The notes beneath the pieces are model-generated. The model was not told the origin of the DNA. It saw nothing but the letters and a program-made list of their open reading frames with translations, and did not search any database. This document shows positions 34,267 to 44,965 of a DNA stretch of 64,000 bases, in pieces. The stretch's first letter is position 1; every line of letters starts with the position of its first letter. Position numbers and translations under genes: made by a program. The DNA comes from Fibrobacterota bacterium (lineage in GTDB: Bacteria > Fibrobacterota > Fibrobacteria > UBA5070), in assembly GCA_029557215.1 (NCBI GenBank), contig JAKPQQ010000242.1, positions 1,399 through 65,398 on the forward strand, written 5' to 3'.

Positions 34267-36552
34267 TCACTGCCAGGTGGAAATCGCCGTGGTATTGCCC
34301 TCGTCGTCCCATTTTCCTTCGTCCCAGACCAGCGGTACGGCTTCGGGCGGAGGCGTGATCTTGACCACGTACCGGCGCTCGAGAACACCGTCGTTGAATC
34401 CATCCTTGCGCCCGCGGAACGACATGTTCACCGAACTGCGGATTTCGATGCCGCCTTCAGGAACCGGCTTCCAAGTGGCCCCGTCGGTGGAATATTCCAC
34501 CACCGCGCCCGGCGTTGTGGACGTGGCCTTGACCATTCCCACGTCCTGGAACGATTCGGCGTCCGGAGTGGCGGAAAGCACCACCTGGTCGCGACGCAGG
34601 ACCTTCCCGTAGAAGTACGAGATCAATCCTGTGCTGTCGGTCACGATGAACGTGGCGTTGTTGACCCCCGTCGCGACGCTGGAGCTGGTCCAGTGGTACA
34701 ACCCGTCGTCGGCGACCTTGAGCGATTCGCCCGCCACGATCACCGAGGCGATCTTGTGGTTGTCGGTGATCTTCAAACCAAGATCGAATCCTGCCGCCGA
34801 GGTGGGGACCACCAGGGTGTCGCCCTGGAACGATCCCGCGGCGAGCCAACTGGCCGAGTCGATCTCCACCACGGGTTTGACGGCATCCTTGGCGCGCACG
34901 ACGCGGACCACGGACTCTGTGCCGACCAACTTGTTGTTGATGGCGAACAGGCGAATCTCCACCGGTACCGCATTGGGAACGACATCGACCTCGATCGAGA
35001 ACGTGTCGTTGCCGGAAGTGCGCACGACCCCGCCGATCTCGACGCGCTTCAGGCCTTCGGGATCGGTCACCACCCACTTCAGGAGCGCGCGCCCCTGCTC
35101 GAAGGGAAGCTCCACCAAGGTGTCGCCGTCGACCTGGACCGTGGGTCCTTTCGCATTGTCGGGGATCTTGCGGACGATATAGACGGGAAGTGTCGAAACG
35201 TTCCCCTTCTTGTCGGTGGCCTTCACCACGATCTCGTTGCGTCCGTAGGCGGGAAGCTCCACCGAGCGGGACCACGAGCCTTCGGCTTCCGTCGCATCGC
35301 CATCGCCGATCGCGACCTTCTCGATTCCCGACTCGTCGGAAACCTTCACGCGGACCGTGGCGGTTTCGACAGTCCCCTCGACGGCAGACGGAGTGGATCC
35401 GTCGAGCTCGATCTCCGGACCGGTCTCGTCCGCCTTGGGCGGAGGCGGAGGGGGCAGCACGACGCGGAATCCGACACTGCTGGACGCCGAATCCTTGTGG
35501 ACCGAGTCCCTCGTCCGGATCTCCGAAATCGCCGTCACCACCAGACGGTAGTCGCCCGGGTTGAGGCTGTCGGTGCGGAGCGCCATTTTCTGGTTCAAAT
35601 CCCATAGCGGCTGTCCGCTGGGCGACGACATGATGACGTCGAACCAGGAAGTGCGATCGGCCGAATCGGCGTCGTAGATCTTGGGGACGATGTAGGTGAC
35701 GCCCCGGTTCGAATCGGCTTCGAACACGCCCTTGACTCCGAGCTTGGCCCCGGTGGCCACGAGAGAGTCGGGAACCACGGAAATCCCGGTCTTCACCCGT
35801 ACCGGAGGCAACGGGAACAGGCGCAAGGAATCCTTCGAATCGATCAGATCCAGCTCGATCAACGCCAGGATCCGGATGCGCACCTTGGACGAATCGATCC
35901 CGAAGAACGTTTCGCCCACCAATGCAGAGAACGACTTCTGCTCCTGGATCGCCTTCTTGGTCGCCAGGTACACCAGCATGGCGTCCACGACCTTGGCCGA
36001 ATCGATCCCCACCGGGCGGCGTTCGGGGAATCCCAACAGGGAATCGTTCTTGGCTTCGATCAATTCCTGCGCATAGAGCTTGATCAGACCTTCGGGAGTG
36101 AACTTCACCGAAGTGTCGTTGGAACTCCGCCGCTTGAGCAGGGAAATCAGGGACCGGGCCAGGACATCCTTTTGGGTGGACTCGGGCTCGGGCTCGAAGT
36201 AGCTCGATTGGTAGCTCTTGAAGACATACCGCGTGGTTCGGACGTCCAACGTCCACAAGGTCAGCTCCACGCTCCCGTCGTTCAGCGGGGTGGGCAGCGT
36301 GATCTTGATCGTCTTTTCGTCGCCCACCGCACCGGCATCGAAGGTCAAGGTACCGCTGTCGGTTCCACGCTTCCATTCGGCGCGGGTCGTGAACACCGAA
36401 TCCTTGAACGCTCTCTCGCGGGTTTCGGGCCCAGGAGGCGGATTGGAATTCGTGCTGGTCTGGCAGGAAGACATGAAGACCATGCCAACCAAAGTCAACG
36501 CAGATAGGAATATGGCAGATGGGAATCGGATCAGTTTGCAATCGAGGCGCAT
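34267..36552 (-). CDS. Large surface lipoprotein with repeated Ig-like/beta-sandwich modules (hypothetical)
   Basis: Start at Met 36552: MRLDCKLIRFPSAIFLSALTLVGMVFMSSCQ (lipobox). It has a proline linker PPPPPPPK and several ~90-aa beta-rich modules (e.g. VRVKVSDESGIEKVAIGD..., LKWVVTDPEGLKRVEIGG...). G+C is visibly lower than in neighbouring genes. Confidence 0.7.
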   Translation of the reverse strand: MRLDCKLIRFPSAIFLSALTLVGMVFMSSCQTSTNSNPPPGPETRERAFKDSVFTTRAEWKRGTDSGTLTFDAGAVGDEKTIKITLPTPLNDGSVELTLWTLDVRTTRYVFKSYQSSYFEPEPESTQKDVLARSLISLLKRRSSNDTSVKFTPEGLIKLYAQELIEAKNDSLLGFPERRPVGIDSAKVVDAMLVYLATKKAIQEQKSFSALVGETFFGIDSSKVRIRILALIELDLIDSKDSLRLFPLPPVRVKTGISVVPDSLVATGAKLGVKGVFEADSNRGVTYIVPKIYDADSADRTSWFDVIMSSPSGQPLWDLNQKMALRTDSLNPGDYRLVVTAISEIRTRDSVHKDSASSSVGFRVVLPPPPPPKADETGPEIELDGSTPSAVEGTVETATVRVKVSDESGIEKVAIGDGDATEAEGSWSRSVELPAYGRNEIVVKATDKKGNVSTLPVYIVRKIPDNAKGPTVQVDGDTLVELPFEQGRALLKWVVTDPEGLKRVEIGGVVRTSGNDTFSIEVDVVPNAVPVEIRLFAINNKLVGTESVVRVVRAKDAVKPVVEIDSASWLAAGSFQGDTLVVPTSAAGFDLGLKITDNHKIASVIVAGESLKVADDGLYHWTSSSVATGVNNATFIVTDSTGLISYFYGKVLRRDQVVLSATPDAESFQDVGMVKATSTTPGAVVEYSTDGATWKPVPEGGIEIRSSVNMSFRGRKDGFNDGVLERRYVVKITPPPEAVPLVWDEGKWDDEGNTTAISTWQ

Positions 36553-36753
36553 GGAGGATCTCTTCCTTGTCGTGGCCGATCGGAGGCTGCGCACTGATGG
36601 GAGGCGCAGTGGAAGCATCAAGTTAGCATCATGTCACGGAACCGTAAAACCCGTGGTCCACCGCGATTGGATGATCCCCAACCTCTTGCCGTTACACCCA
36701 CGCCACACGATATTATCCGCCATTCCCTCCCATCTCGAAGGAGACCATCTTCG

Positions 36754-37742
<989 letters not shown>

Positions 37743-37746
<4 letters not shown>

Positions 37747-38657
37747 AGCCGGTCGGGCCGAGCCTGGCCCGCCGCGTCACGCAGCGGGTCCGGCGCATCG
37801 AATTCCGCGCCCGTGGACGGATTTCGGACCTGCTCGCGGGAGGGCATCTGTCCACGTTCAAAGGCACCGGGATGCGCTTTCGCGAGGTGCGCGCCTACGT
37901 GGACGGCGACGACCCGCGCGGGATCGACTGGAACGTCACCGCCCGCCTGAACGAGCCGTTCGTGAAGGTGTTCGAAGAGGAACGCGAGCTCACCGCCGCC
38001 TTCCTGCTGGATCTTTCCGAAAGCACGCTGGCCGGGAGCCGCGGAGCGCTTTCGCGCGAAACCGCCGCCGAATTCTGCGCGGTCACGGCGCTTTCGTGCT
38101 TCGGGTCGCAGGAGAGCCTGGCCCTGTTGACGTTCTCCGACCAAGTCGAAACCTGGCTCCCGCCCGCCCGCGGCCCGCAGGCGCTGTCCAGGCTCCTGCG
38201 CGAGATCCTGGAGCGCGAACCCGAAGGACGGGGCACCGACATCGCCATGGCCTGCGACCAGCTCGCCCGCCGGTTGCGGCGCCGCTCGGTGGTGTTCGTG
38301 GTTTCCGATTTCCGCGAAGATCCGGCCACCTACGCGCAGGCCCTGCGGCGACTGGGGATCGGGCACGACCTGAACCTGGTCCGGATCGAACCCGCCGGAT
38401 TCGACCCGCTGCCGGGAAGCGGCCTGGTCGGGTTCGTGGACGCCGAGACCGGCTTGGAGTTCGAACTCGACGTCTCCGACAAGTCCCTGCGCGAGGCGCT
38501 GGGACGCCGCGAGACGGAAACCGTCAACAACCTGGAACGCGAGGCGCGCAAATCCCGCGCGGCGCTGTTGCGGGTGCGCACCGGCGACGACCCGGTCGAC
38601 GCGGTCCGCAAGCTCGTGCGCAGACGCGCCCTGGTGCACGGAGGAATCCTCCCATGA
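37743..38657 (+). CDS. DUF58-family protein (MoxR partner)
   Basis: The GTG start overlaps the MoxR stop (GTGA). Conserved motifs are GTGMRFREVRAYVDGDDPRGIDWNVTAR and a VWA-like body. Confidence 0.8.
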
Positions 38658-39439
38658 TCACCCTCACCCGCGACACCGTCGTCCTTGGCGACACGCTCGG
38701 GCTGGCCTGGTCCCTGCCGGCGGGATCCCGGATCGTTTCGGCTCCGGTCGCCTCCGACAGCCTGGTCGTCGCGTCCGATTCGACACGCCCCGGAACCTGG
38801 ACCCTGCAGCCGCTTTCGCCCGCCGGGTACGGAGGCGACACGCTCAGGGCGGTTTCGCCCACCGGCGACACGGTGACGGAAATCGTCCCGGCCTGGACCG
38901 CCAAGCCCAAGGTGGAAGACGCAGACAGCGCCGCGGCCACCCTCCTGCCTCCGGAAAAGGTCCCCGAGCCGTTTCCCTGGGACTACGCGGGCATCGCCGC
39001 CGGGAGCATCGCCGCCGTCTTGTTGGCCATCTGGGGATGGAAACGCTACAAGGCCTGGAAAGCCTCGCGGCTTCCGCCGCCACCGCCACCTCCGCCGCGC
39101 GACCCGGTGGAAGTCGCCCGGGAACAGCTCCAGGCGATCGTGGCATCGTCCCGCGCCGGCAAACCCGCGCGCGAAACCGCCTTCGCCTGCGGCGAACTCC
39201 TGCGCGAGCTGCACGGGAACCTGCACGGCTGGGCGGAATCCGTGGAATCGACCTCCTTCGAGTGGAAGTCGTGGGCCCGCAAGGCCCGCACCCCGGAAGA
39301 ACTCCTGGCGTTGGAAGGATTCCTTTCGGAGGCCGACGCGCTGCGCTACGCCGACGCCGCCCGCGACGCGGAACACCTGTTGGACAAGGCCCAGCTCCTG
39401 CTCGATGCGATCGAACGCCAACGAGGCGTCAAGCCATGA
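38654..39439 (+). CDS. Membrane protein of the Bat operon (DUF4381-like region preceded by an extra N-terminal domain)
   Basis: ATGA overlap with the DUF58 gene. One TM helix (YAGIAAGSIAAVLLAIWGW), then KRYKAWK and a run of nine Pro. The position between DUF58 and BatA is conserved in such operons. Confidence 0.6.
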   Translation: MITLTRDTVVLGDTLGLAWSLPAGSRIVSAPVASDSLVVASDSTRPGTWTLQPLSPAGYGGDTLRAVSPTGDTVTEIVPAWTAKPKVEDADSAAATLLPPEKVPEPFPWDYAGIAAGSIAAVLLAIWGWKRYKAWKASRLPPPPPPPPRDPVEVAREQLQAIVASSRAGKPARETAFACGELLRELHGNLHGWAESVESTSFEWKSWARKARTPEELLALEGFLSEADALRYADAARDAEHLLDKAQLLLDAIERQRGVKP

Positions 39440-40431
39440 TGCCGGGAACCGATTGGCAGCACCCCTGGGTGCTCTGGTTCCTGCTGGCGCTTCCTCTGGC
39501 GGGATGGATCGGCTGGACGGTCCGCAGGATCGCGCCGCGGATGCGCCACCCCGGGTTGCCCGCCGGATTCGCGCCGCGCAGGAGCTTGCGACGGATCTTG
39601 TCGCCGGTCCCGCTGTGGCTCAAGGTGGCAGCCCTGGGCTGCGTCGTGTTGGGCCTGGCCCGTCCCGTCCACCGCACCGCCTGGAACGAGGATTCCGTGA
39701 ACGGAGTGGACATCGTGCTGGCGCTGGACGTTTCCACATCGATGCAGATCAAGGACGTGAAACCCAGCCGCGAAGAGGCGGCAAAGGACGTCATCGCGAG
39801 GTTCATCGCCGGACGCGACCGCGACCGCATGGGACTGGTGGCGTTCGCAGGGCGTCCCGTGACCCGCTGCCCGCTCACCACCGACCGCAACGTGTTGCGC
39901 GACCTGCTCGATTCCACTTCCAACCAGGGCCTGGACGACGGCACCGCGATCGGCGACGCACTCCTGATGGCCGGAAACCGCCTGAAGAAATCTCCCGCCA
40001 AGAGCAAGGTGATCGTGCTCCTGACCGACGGCCAGAGCAACATGGGCAGCGTCGATCCGCTATCCGCGGCCAAGGCGCTGGCCACGCTGGGAATCCGCAT
40101 CCACACGATCGGGTTCGGGACCGTGGGCACGTTCTCGCAGACGTTCAAGCTCCCCGACGGCAGCGTGCAGCAAGGACAGATCCAGTCGGACATGGACGCC
40201 AAGTCCCTCACCGAAGTGGCGCGTGCGGCCAACGGAAAGTTCTTCCGGGCTCTGGATCGCGACGCGCTCCAGAAGGCCTACGACGAGATCGACAAACTGG
40301 AACGCACCAAGATCGACACCCGGACCCATTGGGAAGTGCACGAGCGCTTCATGGGCTGGGCCGTCGCCGCCTTGTGCCTGCTGGCGCTCGCTTGGATCCT
40401 GGAACACACCTGGCTGCGGAGGCTGCCATGA
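39436..40431 (+). CDS. batA: BatA-like VWA-domain membrane protein
   Basis: N-terminal TM helices, VWA MIDAS motif (DIVLALDVSTSM), LLTDGQSN and a C-terminal TM helix. ATGA overlap with the upstream gene. Confidence 0.85.
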   Translation: MMPGTDWQHPWVLWFLLALPLAGWIGWTVRRIAPRMRHPGLPAGFAPRRSLRRILSPVPLWLKVAALGCVVLGLARPVHRTAWNEDSVNGVDIVLALDVSTSMQIKDVKPSREEAAKDVIARFIAGRDRDRMGLVAFAGRPVTRCPLTTDRNVLRDLLDSTSNQGLDDGTAIGDALLMAGNRLKKSPAKSKVIVLLTDGQSNMGSVDPLSAAKALATLGIRIHTIGFGTVGTFSQTFKLPDGSVQQGQIQSDMDAKSLTEVARAANGKFFRALDRDALQKAYDEIDKLERTKIDTRTHWEVHERFMGWAVAALCLLALAWILEHTWLRRLP

Positions 40432-41420
40432 AGTGGGGCGCACCCGAGCATCTGGTCTGGCTTTGGGCGGTTCCCGTCCTGGCATCGCTGTTGGCGCTGG
40501 CGATCTGGAAGCGCCGACGGGACCGACAAAAATTGGCCGACGCGGGATTGATCCCCCATGTCGTGCTCCACGATTCGCTCGCGCTGGACATCGCCAAGGC
40601 CGCGCTCGGCGTGTTGGCGGCCGCAAGCCTGGTTCTGGCGCTGGCCCGGCCCCAGTGGGGCGAACGGCTCGTCCCGGCTCCCACCAAAGGGGCAGACCTG
40701 GTCCTGGTGGTCGACGCCTCGCTTTCCATGCTGGCGCGCGACGTCCCTCCCGACCGGCTCGGGTTGGCGCGCCGCGACCTGCGGCGCCTGATCGATTCGC
40801 TGGGCCCCTGCCGGATCGGGCTGGTGGGGTTCGCGGGGCGAGGCATGAAGCAGATCCCGCTCACCGAAGACCGCTCCGCCCTGGCGACGCTCCTGGACGC
40901 GCTTTCGCCGGATCTGCTCCCCTACGCGGGAACCGACCTCGGACAAGCGTTGTCCACCGCTGCCCAGATGCTCCAGGGTCCGGGAGCCGCGCAGCGGCTG
41001 GTGGTCCTGGTGACCGACGGCGGCGACCACGGGAAGGCCACCAAGGACGCGGTCAAGAAGATCCAGGAGACGGGCGCGACGCTCGTGGTGGTGGGCGTGG
41101 GGACCGACCAGGCCGTGCCCATCCAGCTGCCCGAAGGCGGCGTGAAGCAGGACAAGGAAGGCAACATCGTGACGGTGCGGCTGGAACGCGAAACGCTGCG
41201 CGACATCGCTTCCAGCGGGGGCGGAACCTACCTGGAACTGCAACCCACGTCGTGGGCGCTGGCCCCGGTGGCGCTGGCGGTGAACCAGGCATCCGGCCAG
41301 ACCGGCAAACCGGGATTCCGGCTGGAGCACATCGACCGGTTCCCCTGGCTCCTGGGGGCGGCCATCTTGTTCCTGTTGCTGGAGATCTCGCTTCCGTCGG
41401 GACGTAGGAGGAAGAAATGA
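40428..41420 (+). CDS. batB: BatB-like VWA-domain membrane protein
   Basis: DLVLVVDASLSM MIDAS motif, LVTDGGDHG, and terminal TM helices. ATGA overlap. Confidence 0.85.
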   Translation: MKWGAPEHLVWLWAVPVLASLLALAIWKRRRDRQKLADAGLIPHVVLHDSLALDIAKAALGVLAAASLVLALARPQWGERLVPAPTKGADLVLVVDASLSMLARDVPPDRLGLARRDLRRLIDSLGPCRIGLVGFAGRGMKQIPLTEDRSALATLLDALSPDLLPYAGTDLGQALSTAAQMLQGPGAAQRLVVLVTDGGDHGKATKDAVKKIQETGATLVVVGVGTDQAVPIQLPEGGVKQDKEGNIVTVRLERETLRDIASSGGGTYLELQPTSWALAPVALAVNQASGQTGKPGFRLEHIDRFPWLLGAAILFLLLEISLPSGRRRKK

Positions 41421-42100
41421 CGGGATTCGTCTTGACTCTGGCCTTGTGGTCGGCCTTGGGCGCCAACGCCCCGCGCGAGAACCGCCGAGGCCTGGACGCG
41501 CTGGCCAAAGGAGACACCGCCAAGGCGCTCAAGCATCTGGAGAAGGCCGCCAAGGCCGACACCGCCGACGCGCGTTACGCCTACAACCTGGGCACCGTGC
41601 AGGCGCGCACCCGCAAGGCGTCGCCCGACGCGGCGTTGGGACAAGCCCTGTCGCATGCCAAATCGCCGCAGGAGAGGGCCCGCATCCTGTACAACCGCGG
41701 CACCTCGCGCTACGAGACGGCCAAGGCCAAGCACCAGGCATCCACGGTTCCCGCTCCGGGCGGCGCGGCGGGCAACCAGGACGACAACGGCAAGAACGAG
41801 GTGGACGGAGCGATCTCCGATCTGCGCCAGGCCCTGAAACTGCGTCCGGGCTGGAACGAAGCCGCGCGCAACCTGGATCTCGCGCTGCGTCTGCGAAGCC
41901 AGTGCAACAAGCCCAAGAACGACGACAAGAACAAGGACGACAAGCAGGACCGGAAGCAGGACCCGCAGCCCCAGCCGCAGAACCAGATGCAGCAGCAGGA
42001 TGCCCAGCGCCTGCTGGAAGCCGCGCAGGCCCAGGAGAACAACCAGGCCAAGAAGGCTCCGCAAAGGAAGAAGGACGACGACGATGGCCCCGACTGGTAG
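41417..42100 (+). CDS. batC: BatC-like TPR protein with a Lys/Asp/Gln-rich tail
   Basis: Signal/anchor MTGFVLTLALWSALGA, TPR-like repeats, and a low-complexity tail (KNDDKNKDDKQDRKQDPQPQPQNQMQQQ). ATGA overlap. Confidence 0.7.
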   Translation: MTGFVLTLALWSALGANAPRENRRGLDALAKGDTAKALKHLEKAAKADTADARYAYNLGTVQARTRKASPDAALGQALSHAKSPQERARILYNRGTSRYETAKAKHQASTVPAPGGAAGNQDDNGKNEVDGAISDLRQALKLRPGWNEAARNLDLALRLRSQCNKPKNDDKNKDDKQDRKQDPQPQPQNQMQQQDAQRLLEAAQAQENNQAKKAPQRKKDDDDGPDW

Positions 42101-43820
42101 ACTCGCCGCGCTGGTGCTGGTGGCCGCCGCTGCAGCCTGGAGCGCCGTGCTGGACGTGCAGGCGCAACTGGCCGTTCGCCAGGCGCGCGTGGGCGAACAG
42201 ATCCCGCTGATCGTGAGCGTGTCCGTGGACGACGACGGAAAGGACCTCCCCTGGCCCGAAGTCCAGCTCCCGGCGGGGATGACGCTTTCTTCCAAGGACC
42301 GCGGGCAGTCGAGCTCGGAGCAGATCTCGATCGTGAATTTCAAGATGACCCGCAAGCGGACCACGCAGGTGCAGTTCACCATGCGGCTTTCGGCGGCCAA
42401 GCCCGGCACCTACACGATCGGCCCCGTGAACTTCCAGGGACGCGACCTCGGGAGCGGGCAGGTCCAGGTCCTGGATGCCCCCCAGGACGTGCGCATTTCC
42501 ACGCTGGTGAACAAGCGGACCGTCTACGTGGGACAACAGGTGCCGTTCACCTGGAGGCTCACGGCCGACCGTCCCTTCGAGGTCCGCAAGTTCCCGGACG
42601 TCCGCACCGCCCTGGGCGCCGGATTCTACAGCGCGTCCCCCGACAGCCAGCGCCTGCAGATGCAGGTCGTGACGGAAAACGGCAGGCGGTTCGGCAAGTT
42701 GGACATGACCGGAAGCCTGTTCCCGCTCAAGCCGGGACGCCAGACGCTGCCGTCCACGTCCATGGACTACCGCATCGTGGAAGAAAGCATGGGGATGGAC
42801 CCCTTCGAAGCGATCCTGAACGGACAGGATCCGTTCGAGGCCATGATGGCCCGCCGCCGGGTGGTCGACGGATCGGCCCGCACCCAGGAGATCCCGCTGG
42901 AGATCCTGGCGGTTCCGGACAAGAATCGTCCGGTGGAGTTCCAGGGCGGCGTGGGCGACTTCTCGTTGGAAGCCAAGCTCGAGAAAGATTCGCTCCGGGC
43001 CGGCGACGGCGCGACGCTCACCCTGGTCCTGGAAGGCGACGGCCAGCCGCAGGCCAGCGGCACCCCCGTGTGGGTGGCCCCGGACGGCGTGGAAGCCTAC
43101 CCGCCCCAGGACGACTGGTCGCGTTCGTGGCGCAACGGCGTGCTGCGCACCCGCTTGACCCGCCGCATCGTGCTCGTGCCGCGCCAGAGCGGGAAGATCG
43201 AACTGGATTCCGTCCGGTTCGCCTGGTTCGATCCATCCAAGAAGGAGTTCCGCACCCGCGCCATCGGACTCGCGCCCTTGCGCGTGGCTCCCGCTCCGGC
43301 CGGCGCGGCCATCGACACCTCACGCGCCGCCACAGGCGCGGCGGGACCGGCGCTGCGCCCTGTCGACAAGTTCTGGATCGTTTTCGGCAAAGGTTCGGCG
43401 GTGATCTGGTCGCTGCTGGCTCTGGCCGGTGTGGTCTGGGGTGCGGTGCGGCTCCTGCGCGATCGGCTTTCGGTTCCGGCGCGCCAACGCCGACGACTGC
43501 AGGCGCTCCGGAAGAAGCTCGCGCAACTGCAGGCGTCCAAGGAAGAGAAGAAGGCCGCGGGGCAGATCCGACAAATTCTGGTGGACGCCCTGGCCGTGCG
43601 GTTGGGCGACGAATCGCGAGCCTGGACCAGCCCCGAGGCGCAGGAGAAAACGCCAGCCCTTCTGGAATGGACTCCCGAACAGGCCGAAGCCCTGGGAACG
43701 CTGCTCACCGCGTTGCAGGCCACCGAATTCGCGGGGTTCCCTCTGGATCCGCAAAGCCGCGACCTGTGCGGCAGGATCCTGGACTCGCTGGCACCCAAGG
43801 AAGACACGAAGTCCCGTTAG
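42084..43820 (+). CDS. batD: BatD-like protein
   Basis: Start at Met 42084 with signal peptide (MAPTGRLAALVLVAAAAAWSAV). Repeated beta-sandwich modules, a late TM helix (VIWSLLALAGVVWGAV) and a C-terminal helical region, as in BatD. Confidence 0.75.
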   Translation: MAPTGRLAALVLVAAAAAWSAVLDVQAQLAVRQARVGEQIPLIVSVSVDDDGKDLPWPEVQLPAGMTLSSKDRGQSSSEQISIVNFKMTRKRTTQVQFTMRLSAAKPGTYTIGPVNFQGRDLGSGQVQVLDAPQDVRISTLVNKRTVYVGQQVPFTWRLTADRPFEVRKFPDVRTALGAGFYSASPDSQRLQMQVVTENGRRFGKLDMTGSLFPLKPGRQTLPSTSMDYRIVEESMGMDPFEAILNGQDPFEAMMARRRVVDGSARTQEIPLEILAVPDKNRPVEFQGGVGDFSLEAKLEKDSLRAGDGATLTLVLEGDGQPQASGTPVWVAPDGVEAYPPQDDWSRSWRNGVLRTRLTRRIVLVPRQSGKIELDSVRFAWFDPSKKEFRTRAIGLAPLRVAPAPAGAAIDTSRAATGAAGPALRPVDKFWIVFGKGSAVIWSLLALAGVVWGAVRLLRDRLSVPARQRRRLQALRKKLAQLQASKEEKKAAGQIRQILVDALAVRLGDESRAWTSPEAQEKTPALLEWTPEQAEALGTLLTALQATEFAGFPLDPQSRDLCGRILDSLAPKEDTKSR

Positions 43821-43902
43821 GAAAAAGCCGCGACGTCCGGCTTCCGGGCGCCGAGTGATGAGCGGCGGCGGGGAATGCCCCAAAACCGCTCCGACGGGAA
43901 TG

Positions 43903-44085
43903 CTACGGAGTCGAACTGTCGCTGGCTCTGGCGTCGGGATCGGCGAAGCGCTCACCCGCCGCGCCTGTCATCTCCTGGTCGACGCGATTCCCGATGGCAT
44001 GGCCGCTGGGGACCGTGGCAAGCCCCAGCAACGCCGACAGGACCGCGACCCGGAAGAATGGAAAACCTGCTGCGACCACGACCAT
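43903..44085 (-). CDS. Possible small secreted protein (60 aa), divergent from creB
   Basis: MVVVAAGFPFFRVAVLSALLGLATVPSGHA looks like a signal peptide. GGGAGG lies just upstream of the ATG. No homology recognised, and it could be a shadow ORF. Confidence 0.3.
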   Translation of the reverse strand: MVVVAAGFPFFRVAVLSALLGLATVPSGHAIGNRVDQEMTGAAGERFADPDARASDSSTP

Positions 44086-44185
44086 GCTCCTCCCGAAGCC
44101 GCCCCGGCACCACTTCCGGATTGCGGCCATGGCTTGGATTTACCCGCCGCCAACGCGCTCGGCACCGCGCTGGACGACGAAAGCG

Positions 44186-44200
44186 TTGATGTTTCATCAA
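44186..44200. promoter_or_regulatory. Palindrome TTGATG-TTT-CATCAA upstream of creB
   Basis: Read directly, 46 nt upstream of the creB-like ATG at 44246. Confidence 0.3.
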
Positions 44201-44245
44201 TGGGCGATGGCGGGAACAGGCCTTCCGTTGGATACCTTTCCAACC

Positions 44246-44965
44246 ATGCCGGAACCCCTACGCATCCTACTCGTGGAAGACGAACCCGCCATCGCGGACG
44301 CCGTGGTCTGGAGCCTGGGCCAGGAGGGATTCCAGGTCGCGTGGGCTTCCACCATCGCCGACGGATTGGCCCGCCTGTCGGACGGGATCCGTCTGGTCCT
44401 TCTGGACGTGGGACTCCCCGACGGATCGGGTCTGGACGCCTGCCGCGAGATCCGGCGCCGCCACCCCGCCCTGCCGGTGGTCTTCCTGAGCGCGCGAGGT
44501 TCGGAGACCGACAAGGTGGTGGGCCTGGAGATCGGCGGCGACGACTACGTGGTCAAGCCGTTCAGCCCCCGCGAACTGGTCGCGCGGGTGAGGGCGCGGC
44601 TGCGCGACCGATCGGCCGGCGAACCGGCGCCGATGGACGCCCCGGAAGCCAGGATCTGGAACCCCTGCCGGGAGACGGAATTCGAACGCGACCCCGCCGG
44701 GCGCAGATTCCGGTTCCGCGGCGCGGAGCTCGTCCTCACTCCGGCGGAAACGAGGATCCTGGAAAACCTGGTGGCCCAGCCTGGTCGAATCTTGTCGCGT
44801 TCGGAACTCCTGGAGCGCGCGCTGGGAGAAGACTCGCCCAGCCTGGAACGGACCATCGACGCCCACATGAAGACGCTCCGGTCCAAGCTGCGCGACATCG
44901 CCCCCGACGCCGATCCCATCGAGACGCGCAGGGGGTTCGGATACGCCGCCCGGCGGTCGGCATGA
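44246..44965 (+). CDS. creB: OmpR-family response regulator (CreB-like)
   Basis: RILLVEDEPAIADA...VLLDVGLPDGSG receiver domain plus a winged-helix domain (LTPAETRILENL...VDAHMKTLRSKL). It precedes CreC- and CreD-like genes. Confidence 0.85.
   Translation: MPEPLRILLVEDEPAIADAVVWSLGQEGFQVAWASTIADGLARLSDGIRLVLLDVGLPDGSGLDACREIRRRHPALPVVFLSARGSETDKVVGLEIGGDDYVVKPFSPRELVARVRARLRDRSAGEPAPMDAPEARIWNPCRETEFERDPAGRRFRFRGAELVLTPAETRILENLVAQPGRILSRSELLERALGEDSPSLERTIDAHMKTLRSKLRDIAPDADPIETRRGFGYAARRSA

Noticed and set aside
44186-44200. Reading the creB-upstream palindrome as a canonical FNR box
   Set aside because: The FNR consensus is TTGAT-N4-ATCAA and this site has a 5-nt centre. I keep it only as an unassigned palindrome.
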